DNA of 50,632 bases. Origin: Paramecium tetraurelia (taxonomy: Eukaryota). Both the position numbers and the translations under genes were made by a program. Location: contig CT868039.1 of assembly GCA_000165425.1 (NCBI GenBank), positions 186,001-236,632 on the forward strand, read 5' to 3'. The notes beneath the pieces were generated by a model. It saw only the letters and a list, made by a program, of their open reading frames with translations, made no database searches and was not told the DNA's origin. Below, piece after piece: positions 24,977-40,976 of this stretch; position 1 is the first letter of the stretch, and each line of letters begins with the position of its first letter.

Positions 24977-26801
24977 ATGAATTAAGGAGAGCATTTAAAC
25001 AAGTATGAGGATGATCAAAAATTCACAGACGGGGATCAAACATTCATTAATGAATAGACTGATGATGATAAGCGATTCTCCAATACCGTGGTGGATAACA
25101 AGGAACAGAGTGGATTGGAAGCCTTGTTAGTAAGTTTGAATATAAATGGAATTAGGAATTGGATAACAGAAATAAGCAGGAGTTTTTGGGTTCTGAGGAG
25201 AAGAGTGTGTTCCAGGAGTTCATTGTGATCTGTTAGATCAGGAAAGACAAATATATAAGTGAGCAAGATCCACATCTTTAGTTTTTGATGGAGAAAGCAG
25301 TGTACAAAGGTGTGCAAAAGATTCTGAAAGCTCAGAAGATTCAAGACAAGGAACAATGGCAAGTATTAATGAATCACGATATTAGAAAGAACAATAACGA
25401 TTGATGAGACTATTCTATTCAGACATGAACATTGGTTTCATTACGTCAACAGGGCAACTGAAATCCACAGTATTCATCTATGTCCATCAAACCATTGCAA
25501 ATTACTTGGATAATCGATAGATCAATTTGAATTTCAACAAGGAAGATCTAAAAATCATAGCCAATTATTTCTCAATCGATGAACGCAATAAATCAAGCAA
25601 ATCCAGTCCTGAATTCACATCACCTATATTGACTAAGGAGAAATCGGAAAAAGAGTAATTTAAACAAAATAGTGCAGGTTCAAAGACTCTATCTCAAAAT
25701 GAGGGAGAAGTGGAAAATCAATTGAAAAGAAGTCTGCCTCTATGTCATCAAAGCAATTGGCTCAAATAAGAATTCATCAAGAAGGATTACTTCAAAAAAC
25801 AATTCCTCATCCTTCAAAAAACAAATGAAAATGAACTCAAATCTGGAGTTCAAATCTTCTTTGTTTATAGAATCAAAGATGATCAAATTTATGCAGTCAA
25901 AAAAGTATTATCATCCATCTCTATGTAGTCCCAATTAGCTTCGAATGTCATTTCCTTTTTCGATGTATTCTCAACAGTCAACCTATCAGAAATCACCAAT
26001 GATCAAAGAAAAATAAGAGAAGCCAAAATATTGTCCAAACTCAACCACCCCAATGTTCTAACTCTCTATGATTGGTGGATCGAAGAAGAAGAATCTGGCT
26101 ACTCCCTCTACTTGATGTCTGAATACTGCTCCTATCCAGGACTCAAACACCAAACCAACGATCTGCTCAACTACGCCTATTATTATCTGAATCCAATGAA
26201 CTGCAAGGAAAAGATAGAGCAAATCAAAACAATCATGCTCTAAATCATGGATGGACTAGAATACATACACAAACGAGGCATCGTTCATAGAGATTTAAAA
26301 CCTGAGAACATCTTTGTCACCTACGGCATCGATTGCCAACTCCAAGTCATGTTGGCTGATTTCGATTAAGGAAAAGATGTTAGGGAATCCAAACTCTCCA
26401 TTATCACAGATGAGAAACTCAATGACCAAGATCTCAACTCCATCAAGTCAAGGAACACTATCAATTCTGGCACCAGTGGCTATGCTACTGCCAATTCTTA
26501 GATCAACAAGGAGTATGACAAAATGGATGAGTTCTATGCTTTGGGTGTCACTCTACTTCATCTGATATTGGCCTTCCCTGGAGAACCTAAGAATCGCAAT
26601 CTTTACACAAATACATTTGCCATCAGTGATATTTCAGACGTCCTCCTCCTATTCGACAGTTGGGCTGTTAAACTAGTTCAAAACAGACATCCTGAATTCA
26701 ACTTCTAATAGTATTTTCATCTTATGGAACTTGCAAAGGCACTCCTTGATAAAAAAGTCAAGGAACATGATCACATAAGAAAAATCATACAAAGCTGGTG
26801 A
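24977..26801 (+). CDS. eIF2alpha-kinase-like (PEK-type) divergent protein kinase
   Basis: [58 protein letters not shown]. Confidence 0.7.
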
Positions 26802-27431
26802 ATTGTTGTGTATTATAATTCATCTTTAGATTTTTATAAGTATGTTTATATATATAAATCAAAATTATTAATCATTCTTCTAATATTATATATAATAATT
26901 TAAAAGATTTAATTACATTAGTATTTGATAAATTCCAGACTTTATATAAAAATAGTTAGAAATTATTTTGTTTAATAAAATGAATTATTGTTTTTTTATG
27001 ATCCATTTTTAAAGTATATTCAAATTGTCATTTCTAAATAGTATCTATTAATGTTCTAATAAAATGATACAATATTTTCAAGAATCCAAAAATCAATTGA
27101 TTGAATTCCCAAATTTCTCCTCTAGAATATTCATTAATTTCCACTATTTTATTACAGATATTCTGATTCAAAATGGATACATTATGTTAAATCATTAATT
27201 GATAGAAGGATATTAATAGGCCTGTAATATTATTTTTTATTTTTAAATCTTGAAATTGAGAATAAAAATTATAAATTTTAATATTTGAAAATTAATCCCA
27301 ATTCTCAAACATTCTGGAAATGGGTTCTAGTGATAATAAGTTGAGGGGCGAAATAGTTTTCTCATATCAAAACCCATTAATTCCTATAAATACAAGATTA
27401 GTGTCCATAAATTTTATATTTATTAAATTAT

Positions 27432-28783
27432 ATGACACCAAACCAATTAAAAATGATGGTGTGCTTATTATTAGTTGCTTTCATTTCCTGTGGGCTTTAC
27501 TTCTACATATTCTGGAAGAAATTAGATCATGTAAAGATTACTTTCCTAAATTTCAGAAACCTTATTATGAATAGCTGGCATTTGCATATGGGTTGCTTTT
27601 AGGATTCACGGAATTATTGGTGGCCATAATTTTATACATCCTTATTAAAACCAGGGCGTAAATCACATCCCTGGGGGAGATTGGCCGTTATATCAGGCAG
27701 AACTGCTACAAAGAGTATTATGCATTAATCATAATAAATTTGGTATAGAACGTGATAATTAGGTATTTCTGGTAACCTTCAACATAATAACCATTTTGGA
27801 TCCAGAATCAGTGAGTTTTAAGGATATTCAATCACTCCACTTCATAGCTGCATATTATGTCCAATCAGTTCTTTTCGCAATATTCTCGAATGACCTATTG
27901 AAGAGACGATCCTTGATTCCGAACGAGTACATGTTCGAAAGAGAGGGGATATTTCGATGTGCCTACGAGGTTCTGTATTACGTGGTGTGTTTATTCATAG
28001 TATTAAGTAAATTTATAAATATGAAAAGGCTACTTTTTGGTCACCCACTTTGAGAAGATGCCAGAACCCAATCAAACATTATGCCAACTGATCATTTTCA
28101 CATTGCTCTACCAATTCTATTCGATAACCAAATTGGGTATCTTGATAAAAATATTTCTGATAATAACCACTACCAGATTGCTCTACTCTGCAGCGAATTC
28201 AATTTAGGACTTGAAGGAGACCTCGCAAAAGGGTTCTCAGATCACATTGGTTGTGATCACAGTCCTATTTCTGATTAGAATGGTTCAGCAGAGCATATTG
28301 GGCATTTTAAGAGCAAGAGAACAGTATTTGAATTAGATACAACATCAAACACCTGATATATTGAGTGCATTGAATTTAATGCCCCCCAGAGACCCATACA
28401 TAAGAGGATCAACTTAGATAATAAGTGAAGAATAGATATAAATGATGCCTCAATAGAAGTTCAAGTTGGAGAATGAATTTGTCTGCTCAATATGTGATAT
28501 GAATCTATTAAAGAATGAAATGGTGATGAAGTTAAGTTGTTCCCATATCTTCCATTCGGAATGTCTCAAACCATGGATCAGAATAAAGAACTCTTGTCCT
28601 AATTGCAGATAGCAAGTGCTGAGATAGGGCAATCATGAAAATCATATCCAACAACCAGTCTATGAGCATCCCTAGGAATAGCAACACTAGGTTTTACATG
28701 TTTAAATTGAAGCCCCCCCATCCAATGAAAACAATTAAGCAGTGTAAGAATTTCATGACAGGTAGTTGGAAATACAAGAATGA
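27432..28783 (+). CDS. Multi-pass membrane RING-H2 E3 ubiquitin ligase
   Basis: Multiple TM segments, then CSICDMNLLKNEMVMKLSCSHIFHSECLKPWIRIKNSCPNCR. Confidence 0.85.
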
Positions 28784-29046
28784 GTTTCCTTACATTAATT
28801 AATTTGTTATTATATAAACTTAAATATCTATATCTTTTTGACAATATATGGTTATCATCTATATCATAGCAGTGATTGCATCGAAATTTCGTATTAAGTG
28901 GCAATTTATAAATTATGACACTAAATATTGATGTCTATTTTTAACAGATGTGTATGATATTTCACATTTTAATTAACTCTAATAAGATATTAAGGAGTTA
29001 TTAGCAATATTTAAAAAAAATTTATTTATTAATTATACCCATCAAG

Positions 29047-30232
29047 ATGATTTGTGTGAGGCATCACACTTTTTTAAACTAAAAATATGGAATCTTTTAT
29101 GTAGACAATCTCCTAATGATTGGAAAAGTATCAAACCATTTAAATCATAGTCGCAAAGGAATCCAAAATATCGTATCCCCTGTCAAATTGAAAAAGTTAT
29201 TTCTTGGTGTATCAGTGACAATCAATAATTGCAAGGATTCGAGATAGTTGTAAATGGAAAGAAGAAATGGTTCGATATGTCTCACCATCAAACGAAGTAG
29301 CTGATGCAAGTGTTGAATGGAAGGTTTCTGTACAAAAACATACATGCCTTCTATCAATTTTAACACATTATTGGGGTTGGAAGCTTTAGTAAAGTAAAAT
29401 TGTAAAATGTAACTTAGGTAATCAAACTGTTCAACATCTTAGAGAAGGAGTTCTATGCTTGCAAAGTGCTTAAGATGGCTTAATTCGATGTATCCAATAT
29501 TTTAACATAAATTCATAGGATTTTAAAAACGAACTTTCTATACTTCAGTCTTTAGATCATCCGAATATCATCAAAGTGAAAGAAGTGTACCTTGAAGACA
29601 AGCAAATCTGGTTTGTCACAGATTTAGTCGATGGAGGAACTCTGAAAGAATATCTAGACAATTTAACTGAAATAACTCAATTCGAAGTTTATATAATTAT
29701 GAAAGTACTTGATTTGATAAATTAATTTTAGTAAATCTTAAATGTCGTTTAATATTTGCACTCCAAAGGATACATCCATAGAGACNNNNNNNNNNNNNNN
29801 NNNNNNNNNNNNNNNNNNNNNNNNNNNNNNNNNNNNNNNNNNNNNNNNNNNNNNNNNNNNNNNNNNNNNNNNNNNNNNNNNNNNNNNNNNNNNNNNNNNN
29901 NNNNNNNNNNNNNNNNNNNNNNNNNNNNNNNNNNNTATGGAACTGATCTATTTAGTGGTTCCTATTATAGTGAAGTCTACTATTAGAATTAATAATTTTG
30001 TTTAGAATAAGAGTAATTTGACAACAATGAATTTGATCCACTCCTCAAAGGAATGTTGAGAGAGAATCCAAGCACTCGATTGACTGCCACTCAAGCTTTG
30101 GAAATGTTAGAATAGCTTTTCGTCACCAAAAAGGATGATTTCATAGTGGATATTTCTGATTCATCAATCCAATAGGTCAAGACACTGTCGATTTAAACAA
30201 TGAAAAAACTAGAGAGTTTAGACCAATATTGA
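29047..30232 (+). CDS. CAMK-like kinase, tandem copy A (spans assembly gap)
   Basis: MICVRHHTFL N-terminal domain, IGVGSFSKV, YACK, HPNII, HRD followed by the N-run; C-lobe after the gap. Confidence 0.75.
29786..29935. other. Assembly gap (150 N)
   Basis: Run of n characters. Confidence 0.99.
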
Positions 30233-30962
30233 TTTCAATATATCTATGTTCTCATTAACAATATAAATCAGAGAACTAAAGCACTAAGTCCCATTTGTTT
30301 TTTACAATAAGAGTACTTTGGAATGACAATAATCAATGGAGATTTAGAGTGTATTTCATCTAGGAAGATCACTCCATTAAGACAGAAGACTATTAAGATG
30401 TTGAATGATCCTAAATCTATTTAGACAGACTCATAACTATACTGGGGATCACAGAATCACAAATTTAATAAATAACGAAATGCTAAACAGTGTATAGTAA
30501 TTCTTCCACAATTCGGCTTTCTTGAGGCTAACGAAAATTAGAGATATGAGAATAATTGTCAAAGAAGTACTAGAAATAGGGGAACTCATTTAAAGATGAA
30601 TGTGTTGATGTTTGTTTAAATTAGGGTACCCTTAATATTTATTAAGATTTCCATGAATTCGAAATGAAACCTTGGCATTTAAATGATTTTATTTATGATT
30701 AATAATGCTTCTCTCTTATGATATTTAATAATTATTTGTATTATTCTCAAAAGTTACCGAATAGTATTAGAATTCCAATTAAGAATCTCGATTATAATGT
30801 GAATATTTAGGTTCAATTGACAATAAATACCAATTAATTTCAATGTTTACTCTTATCGTCTGTACTAGTACTTAGAATGAAACACAAATAATACTTATTC
30901 TAATCTGAATAAACGCAGTCGGATATCTACTTGTTAATTGATATTTAAATTTCAATTTAATT

Positions 30963-32233
30963 ATGATTTGCATCCGTAAGCACGCTTTAATCGATTAACA
31001 GTATGTCTTATTTATTGAGGATGACAAAATATGCATAGGAAAGGTACTTGTTAAAATTTATTCTAGAATTAAATAAATCCTAAGTATGTTTTGCCCATAA
31101 ATTTGTAGTCCAAACTCGAATGGAGCTTTGACAAAGAACTATGCCAATTTAATGGATTTATAATTGAATGGGAAAATAAGAAAAAACTATTTCATATGTC
31201 AGATGGAAATTGCAAAAAGCTGAAATCTCAAATTGATGGAAAAATACTATATAACGAGATAAATTCCTAATACTTTCCTGTTTAAATAGTGGGAGAAGGG
31301 ACTTTTGGTAAAGTAATGTTTAAAATTAATATTTTAGGTTATTAAGGTGGTTAGCCTATTAGATGGGAAGGAGTATGCTTGCAAAGTAATGAAGTTAGAT
31401 AAAAAGTTTTCGAAAAACGTAATTTACAAAAATATAAAAATAGGATATAATTTATGAGTTGATGACAATGTAATCGTTGAGCCACGAGAATATAATCAAA
31501 AATAAGGAGGTGTATTGTTCTAACTCTCATTTCTTTATAATAATGGAATATTGTAGAGGAGGAACTCTCAGAGAATATCTAGCCTATAGAACATTGAATC
31601 AGGATTAAATAGTGATGATAATGAAGGTAATTTGAAACAACAATCTTTTCTAGTAAATTTTAAATGCAGTCATCTACATGAATTCAAAAGGATACATTCA
31701 CAGAGACATAAAGCCAGAAAATATTTTATTGAGGGAACAAAATGATCTATCAAATGTACTAGTTTGTGATTTTGGATTCGCTGCCAAAGTCGAAGATATT
31801 TTAACCAAACATCCCAATTGTGGGACTCCTGGCTACATGGCCCCAGAAGTCATCAAATATGATTAGACAAATCCTTATAACGAATAATGCGATGTCTTCA
31901 GTTGTGGTTCTCTATTGTATTCAATGTAAATGAAGTTATTTACATTTTAGATTGACTGGGTACAATCTTGAAATGCAAAGTGAAGAAAGTGAAATCTACA
32001 ATATAGAGGCTCAGGTGTATGAGGAGAAACAATTCACTTCGTACAATAATTAATTCAAGAATATTCTACTCAAAATGCTAGACCCTAGTCCTCATTTAAG
32101 GATTACTGCGAAGGATGCTCAAAAATACTTTGACAACTTCGATTCATTCGTTCTAGAAGAACTGAACTCACTTGATGTTATTCAAGAAGTGAAACACATT
32201 TGTATCTAAAAGCATGAGTTCCACTCATTTTGA
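30963..32233 (+). CDS. CAMK-like kinase, tandem copy B (catalytic motifs intact)
   Basis: MICIRKHALI, VGEGTFGKV, YACK, HRDIKPEN, DFG, CGTPGYMAPE, DVFSCG. Confidence 0.88.
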
Positions 32234-32378
32234 TTCTCCTTTTTTATGTTGATCGAGTTAATTTGTTTTATAAATGACTATAGTATGTTGTTTTAAATCA
32301 AATATATCACAAATATTAGAGATTATTATTTATAAGATTTTATCAGCAAAATAATTCTATACCCTCACCCTTAACATC

Positions 32379-33748
32379 ATGTTGTGTTATCGTAAACACT
32401 CTCTATTTACCAAAAAGTACCACATCTTCAAAAATGACACTCAAATTCACTTAGGAGAAGTAAATTTGTTTTTAAGTTTTAGACCATTACTAAAATAAAA
32501 TATACTATCAATCTTACTCCTTAAACCATGATTGATTGGTCAATTGATCATTAAACCAAATAACTCAATGGATTTTGGTTAAGTTGGAAAAAACAATAGA
32601 AGTTCTTCTTGATGGATGCAACAACTTGCACCTTACTCAAATCAACTCTAAATGGCATAGTGACCTATGGAAAACACCAAATTCTTTATGAACCCATCCA
32701 ATGTCTATCACACAGCTCTTTTGGTTCTGTAATTATTTCTATATTTTATAGAACTTCTAGCTTGTAAAAATGAAATATCTTGACTCAAGAGATTCATACT
32801 TATGTAAAACGATTTAAAAATGTCTACAATATACTGATGATGTAAAATAACTAAATCATAACCTAGGATTTCTATTACTAAATTGAAATCCTTCGATCCT
32901 TGGATCATTCAAACATAATCAAGTTGAAAGAAGTCTACAACAGCAACAAGAATTATCATTTCGTCTTCGACTTCCCTCTAGGAGGTTCCTTGGCAGATCT
33001 AATTAAATCCAAATAATTATAATTCAAAGAAGTGTAATTAATTATTAGAGTAAATATTATAATTACACTAGCAATTGATGTCCACCATCTCCTTCATTCA
33101 TTCAAAAGGCTATGTCCATAGAAACTTAAAACCAGAACACATCTTCTTCAAAGAACCAAACAATTTAGAAACTCTCCTCATTTCAGAATTCGAATTGGGA
33201 TGCAGTCTAGTTGATTTCCCAAATAAGTATTAATTTCGTTTTTATTACTTTTAGACATCCCAATTGTAGAGTTCACGGTTACACTGCTCCTGAAATTAAG
33301 TCCAAAATATTTACTTAAAAATGTGATATCTTTAGCTGCGGTGTCATTTTATACAAAATGTATCTTCTTTTTATTTAAAAATAGTTTAACTAGAAAAGAT
33401 TTGTTTGATCATGAGTCAATCAATTATGATGAAAAAATGATGTTGCATTTGATCAATCAATCAGATATCAATCCATAATACTAGAATTTACTAAGACAGA
33501 TGCTTCAATTCAACCCAGACCTGAGGGCAACGGCAGATCAATGCTTAACTATTATTGATTCAATTTTAGAAAGAACTCCTACATTCTCCAATTTTCTCGA
33601 TAGATTCAATTTAGATAATGATGGAATAAATGACGAAATCATTTCAATTGATTTGATTTAGGATTAAGAAGAATTAACTGAAAATCAGGATTTTATACAA
33701 AAACTGCCAATAATCCAGATTAATAAAAGAATTGAAATGTCCTATTGA
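32379..33748 (+). CDS. CAMK-like pseudokinase, tandem copy C
   Basis: MLCYRKHSLF; HRNLKPEH replaces HRDxKPEN; SEFELG replaces DFG; GYTAPE; DIFSCG. Confidence 0.8.
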
Positions 33749-34804
33749 TTGTATATAATTTTGTATTTAATAACTTTCAACTTGTATTTAACTTGTATTC
33801 ATATCCAATCATGACGTTTATTATTTTAAAAGCTTCTTTTTGATTATGGCAGAATATGTGAGTTGCGATATCTATATTAAATTTAAGTCTTTTCAATACT
33901 TAAAACTATACAATTTTTTTACTCCGAACAATATATATTAAGAGTGTAAAGTTGTGAGTTTAATTATATTTTTAAAAAACTATTAACATTATTGTATTAG
34001 TCGTTTTCTTTTGTAAAAAATCTAGAACTAAACTCAAACTTAAAAATTATACTATATTTAATTAATTTAATATATCTAAAATATATGCTAATAATTATAA
34101 TAATTTTATGAATTTCGAACATTTAGAAAATTTATATTTCTCTCAATATAAGTTAACGCTTACCAGCTTTTATTAACCATATCTTAGTCATAATAACGTA
34201 CAAACAATTTTAAATTCTGTTAATTAAAAATATACTGAAAAATTGATATTAATCATATAACTTTATTTTGAAAATTGAAAATAAAAAAATGTTGTATTCT
34301 GAAACTGTTGTTATCAATTGTGCTTAAATATTGAATTATAAGTAATACAGACTAATATTCTAGCTAATTTTGTATACAACAGAAATATCAAGTATTTTTC
34401 CAAGATTTTATAATATAGAATTTTCCTAATATTTAAATGAATGGAATGATTAATTGACAGTTATAAATCATGCGGATGATTTATATCTGTTGGTAGGCTG
34501 CAAGTGTGTTTCATTCTTATAAAAATTAATTATATATAATAAAAGTTACTCAATCATAGAATTGGGAAACTAAACAAAATAAAACCAGAAAGACAAAATT
34601 GTATAAATGATTTTATAATTAGAAGCTTTTATATAATGGTATTAGAATATTAATTGTGGTTTGATTATGTAAATAACAATTGGAGACATGTGGCATCTAT
34701 GCTAAGAATTAGAGGCTTATTGATTAATATTATGATTAGTAGAGTAGCAAGTTCATTCTATAAATTAAGTTAAAAAATCTAATCTTATTTTTATTGTTAA
34801 TTTA

Positions 34805-36843
<2,039 letters not shown>

Positions 36844-36947
36844 AAATATTCTGTTTTTTATAATACTTCTTATTTACATTTTATTATAGCTTATTAAACA
36901 CAAAATATGAAGCTTCAAGATAATTCAAAAAAGCATTGATACAAGTG

Positions 36948-39729
36948 TCAATGAGCTGACTATTCCAACACTAATTTATCCTCCTCAGCATATTCAATAT
37001 CCATAAATTAAAATTGTTAAGATATATTCGATACATAATCTAGAGATCGATATTCACTCCTACTAATATTACTAATCAAATCCTCAAGAGTTCTTATAGT
37101 TATTGGTTTTACATATACATCTCTCATTCCAGATTCTAATAGTCTATTTATTTCATCCTCTCCAGAAAACCCTGTTAGTCCGAATATTGGAATTGGGGTA
37201 ATATTTTCTATCTTTGCAAATCTATGTGATGTATTTAGTTGCTTCTTCGCCATTCATGATTGGCATTTAATAATCCATTATTATACCTTTATATCCTTTG
37301 CATTTATGTTCTTGAAATTGTTCAAACGTCTTTTCTAATAATTGGATGCAATGTCTACCATTTTCAGCCTTTACCACTTAATGTTGCAATTTCTTTAAGA
37401 GAGATTCTAAAACTATCAAATTATAAGGCTCATCATCTACAATCATAAATGTGTTCTCACATTAGCACTAGTTCTTTGTGTGAATTTAAGTTACATTTGA
37501 CCAAGGACCTAACTTTAAACTAAAATTGTTATAGGAATGAATAATCCCCTCGTTTTCTACACTTGACTCTTTCAATATCAATTCACTAGAGAAGTTTTCA
37601 CCTGAAATTAGCCTTATTTTTATATGCATTTAAATGGTTGTGCCCTTATCAATATCTGAATCAATAGAAATGTAATTTGTATTATCATCTCTTCCTGACA
37701 CATTCTTTATTAGCTAATTCGATGCTCGCAATCCAAGCATCATCCCAGAAGATGCATCATTTGAATTTCTCTCAACCTAAAAGTCTTCCCCATTTAACAA
37801 AGATCGAATATACTCCAACCTTTCAGCAGTCATCCCTAAACCATTGTCTCTCACCTCAATCATATATACATCAGCAAGATTTGTAGACAAATTTGCATTC
37901 GAAGAAAATTGACTGGCCATCTTGTATTTGCTAATAGTTCTGCGTTATTTATTGTTATTTGATGAGTCATGACAACAGTCGCTTCCACTCAATCTCTATT
38001 ACTGAGGAGAATAAGAATGAGGAACATGCAATTTCGAATGCCTATTAGTTTATTGCTTATTTTCAGGTATTTAAATGTAACTATTCGTATTATTATTATT
38101 GTTAGTACTTAGATCTTTTGATAATCTAATTGAAATTAATCCATCAGATTTACTAAATCTAATACTATTAGATATGATATGAATTAGTATACTCTGAAAT
38201 TTCTCAGAATCCAACAATTCATAGTTACTTGTTTGTATTTTATCCTCATACTTAATTTTTATATATTTTAGTTCTGCTTCATCTTTGAATAAATCCATCA
38301 CTTCCTAAATTAATACGTTAATTCTCACCTTCTCTAATTTAACAGGCAGTTTTCTTTCCCTCAATAAATTGTAATCAATGATTGAACCAATAATAAAATT
38401 TTAAATTCTACAATTATTAAAAGCAGCCCTTAAGTATTTCTTCACTTCCCAATCAAAATTTTAATTGTAATTTTGCACCATCTAGATCATGCCCTAAATC
38501 GCATTTAATCTAGTTCTCAACTCGTGAGATATGGATCTTATTACTTTACTTTTAAATTAATTCAGATTCTTATAATAGATAGACTTTAGGTTTGTAGATA
38601 TATCATAAAGATTAATTAGAGTTGCATGTTTGTTATCCTCATATTGCAAAAGTGTTTTCATCTTCACTTCAATAACCACTTTCTGTGATTCGTCAATAGC
38701 CTACTCTGGACGATCAATGAATTAGCATCTTAAAGTGTATATTTTGCCTTAGGTCTTTTTGTCAGTCTTTGTTATGTATTGAATAATTTGGTTTAAGTTT
38801 AATTATTCATCATCCATATTGTCAAGATTGAATTTACTTGAATCAGGTGGTAATTGGTTTTTGACCTCTTCAATATTTGCAAACATTTAAGAAAAAAATA
38901 AGAAAATCTCGTCATAATTGCTCATAATTGATGGCTGAGTCTCAAACAGATAGTCCTATTTTACAGACTTAGTCATAAATGTTTTTGTCTTTGTGTGAGA
39001 TTTGTCTATCAATTTCTTCATATATCTATTTGAAAATAAGACTTATTCGCAATCTGAATTCAGAATACAAACTGCTGTTGGAATACTTCTTAGAGATTGC
39101 TCGGCAAAATGTTTAATCTTACTTAATCTCATTATTTGCTAATCCCAGTAATAGACAAGAAGTAAATTCAAAAAAACAATATGGTAAGTGAATAAACATT
39201 AAAAGATCGTGAATTCAGTTTTATAGCCTAAGTAAACAAAAAATTTAATTAGAATGATTAATCTTAATTTGAAATTGTTCATTGTTGCCATTACAATTTG
39301 CATTATTATAAATATTAAAAGAATACCTATTAATCTCTGCAAATTCTCATACTCCATTAGCAATTGTTATAAATACAGCTACAATAAGGTTTCGAACAAA
39401 ATAAAGAGTATTTGCGTCAGAGTTACTTTCTGCCTTTTGGATAATTTTTGGATTATCCACTTATCATACACTATCGTAGCTAAAGGAAGCACAATTAATA
39501 AATATGTATAAAGAGTGACTTGTTAACTATTATATGATTAGTATCCTTCAATATTATTTATCATTATCAATACAATACTGTAAAACAAATAGATTTTCAT
39601 TATTTTCACAAATAGAGGCCAGAATTGAGAGATAATTAACTCATTCTGGCAATCAATATAAATGGAGTCATTATAATCTTCGTATATTTCTAATGCTAAT
39701 CTTTTTTATTTTCTTAACCATATTAACAT
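36948..39729 (-). CDS. Membrane-bound hybrid histidine kinase (TM region, PAS-like, HisKA, HATPase, receiver)
   Basis: SISHELRT H-box, ISNSIRFS N-box, DNGLGM G1 box; receiver IVDDEPYN..IMDYQMPIMNG..IFGLTG..KP; +1 frameshift near 37205. Confidence 0.88.
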
Positions 39730-40325
39730 TGTTTTTAATATATAAAAAACTATAAATAAATTACATACTAATTAAACTTAATCTTTTTTAGAATTTTTCA
39801 ATTCTCTTAAAAATCCAAAGATACTTTTCCACCCTGCTTTGCTTTACTTCCACTCTTAAACAAATAAAAAATTAAGAAGAACTGAAAAGTATCAAAGGAC
39901 CTTTTTATTATATAAAAATGAGTCCAACTCTCAAAAACCTGTATATATAAGAAATCATATAACTGAACCAACCTAATCATATTAGTAACTCTCACATCTA
40001 ATGTTTTTAAACTTATTTTCTATTTATAGAATTAACATAAAATCATATAATTTAAATTTATAAAGTTGTCTTCTACTTTTAACATAAATTATAAAAAAGA
40101 TGAAATTCAAATAGAAATATTAATTTAAGAGTATTTATGTCTAAAATAAGAAAATATTATATGAAGATATATTTTTAAATTTATTTTCCATTTAAATTGG
40201 AGTTACTCCACTTTTATAATAGACAGAGAATTATTTAAAAGTTAAATATTCCTTCAAAAATATCACCACATGTTTGACTGTGAATGCAATAATCAAGCAT
40301 AATAGATATAATAAAATAATCAAAT

Positions 40326-40628
40326 TCATAGTTGATCAATATTATGCATAACCTTCTTCTGCATATACTAAATACCATATTTAGTAGAAGTGAACATTTT
40401 GCCAACATTTCCATTGTATTCTTAGACAGTGGAGTGTATTTACTTCTTTTACTAAGTCTTATCAACTGATCTATGCTGAGATAATTTAGGTTTATTTTCG
40501 GTTTCAGTATGTTAAATTATATCTTTGATTGCCTATTTGCAATTCTCTATTTCTTAAAACTAATTAGGTTTGTGTTGAGCATTAGCTTTTGCTGGCGGAA
40601 GTGATTTGTTTTTTTATTATTTATTCAT
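40326..40628 (-). CDS. Hypothetical small basic protein (100 aa)
   Basis: Uninterrupted ATG..TGA frame: MNKQQKNKSLPPAKANAQHKPN...GKMFTSTKYGIQYMQKKVMHNIDQL. Confidence 0.55.
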
Positions 40629-40976
40629 TAATAATATTAGTGAAAGTATATTATAATATTTAGAGATTTATCACAATTTTTACTAAAATGTTAAGTTTAA
40701 ATTAATCAGATTGTATTCCTAATCAATTCAATTTAGGGTAAACTTAAATTTCTGTGTTTCAGTATTTACTCATATCAATTAGAAATGTAATATAAGTAAA
40801 ATTAACGAAATGTAAGTAAATTGAAAAATAGAAGGTTTTGGGTACATGTTGGAATGATTCAAAATAATTCAGTTAATGAGATATTAGAATCTGTTCTTAT
40901 TGTCAATAATTAGAATGCAATTGGTTAAAGATTAATGTTTCTATATAATTATTTTTAACAGTTAATTTATTTTAAA

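Noticed and set aside
30240..30680. Possible small gene between kinase copies A and B
   Set aside because: Several partially open frames, none with homology cues or an unambiguous intron model
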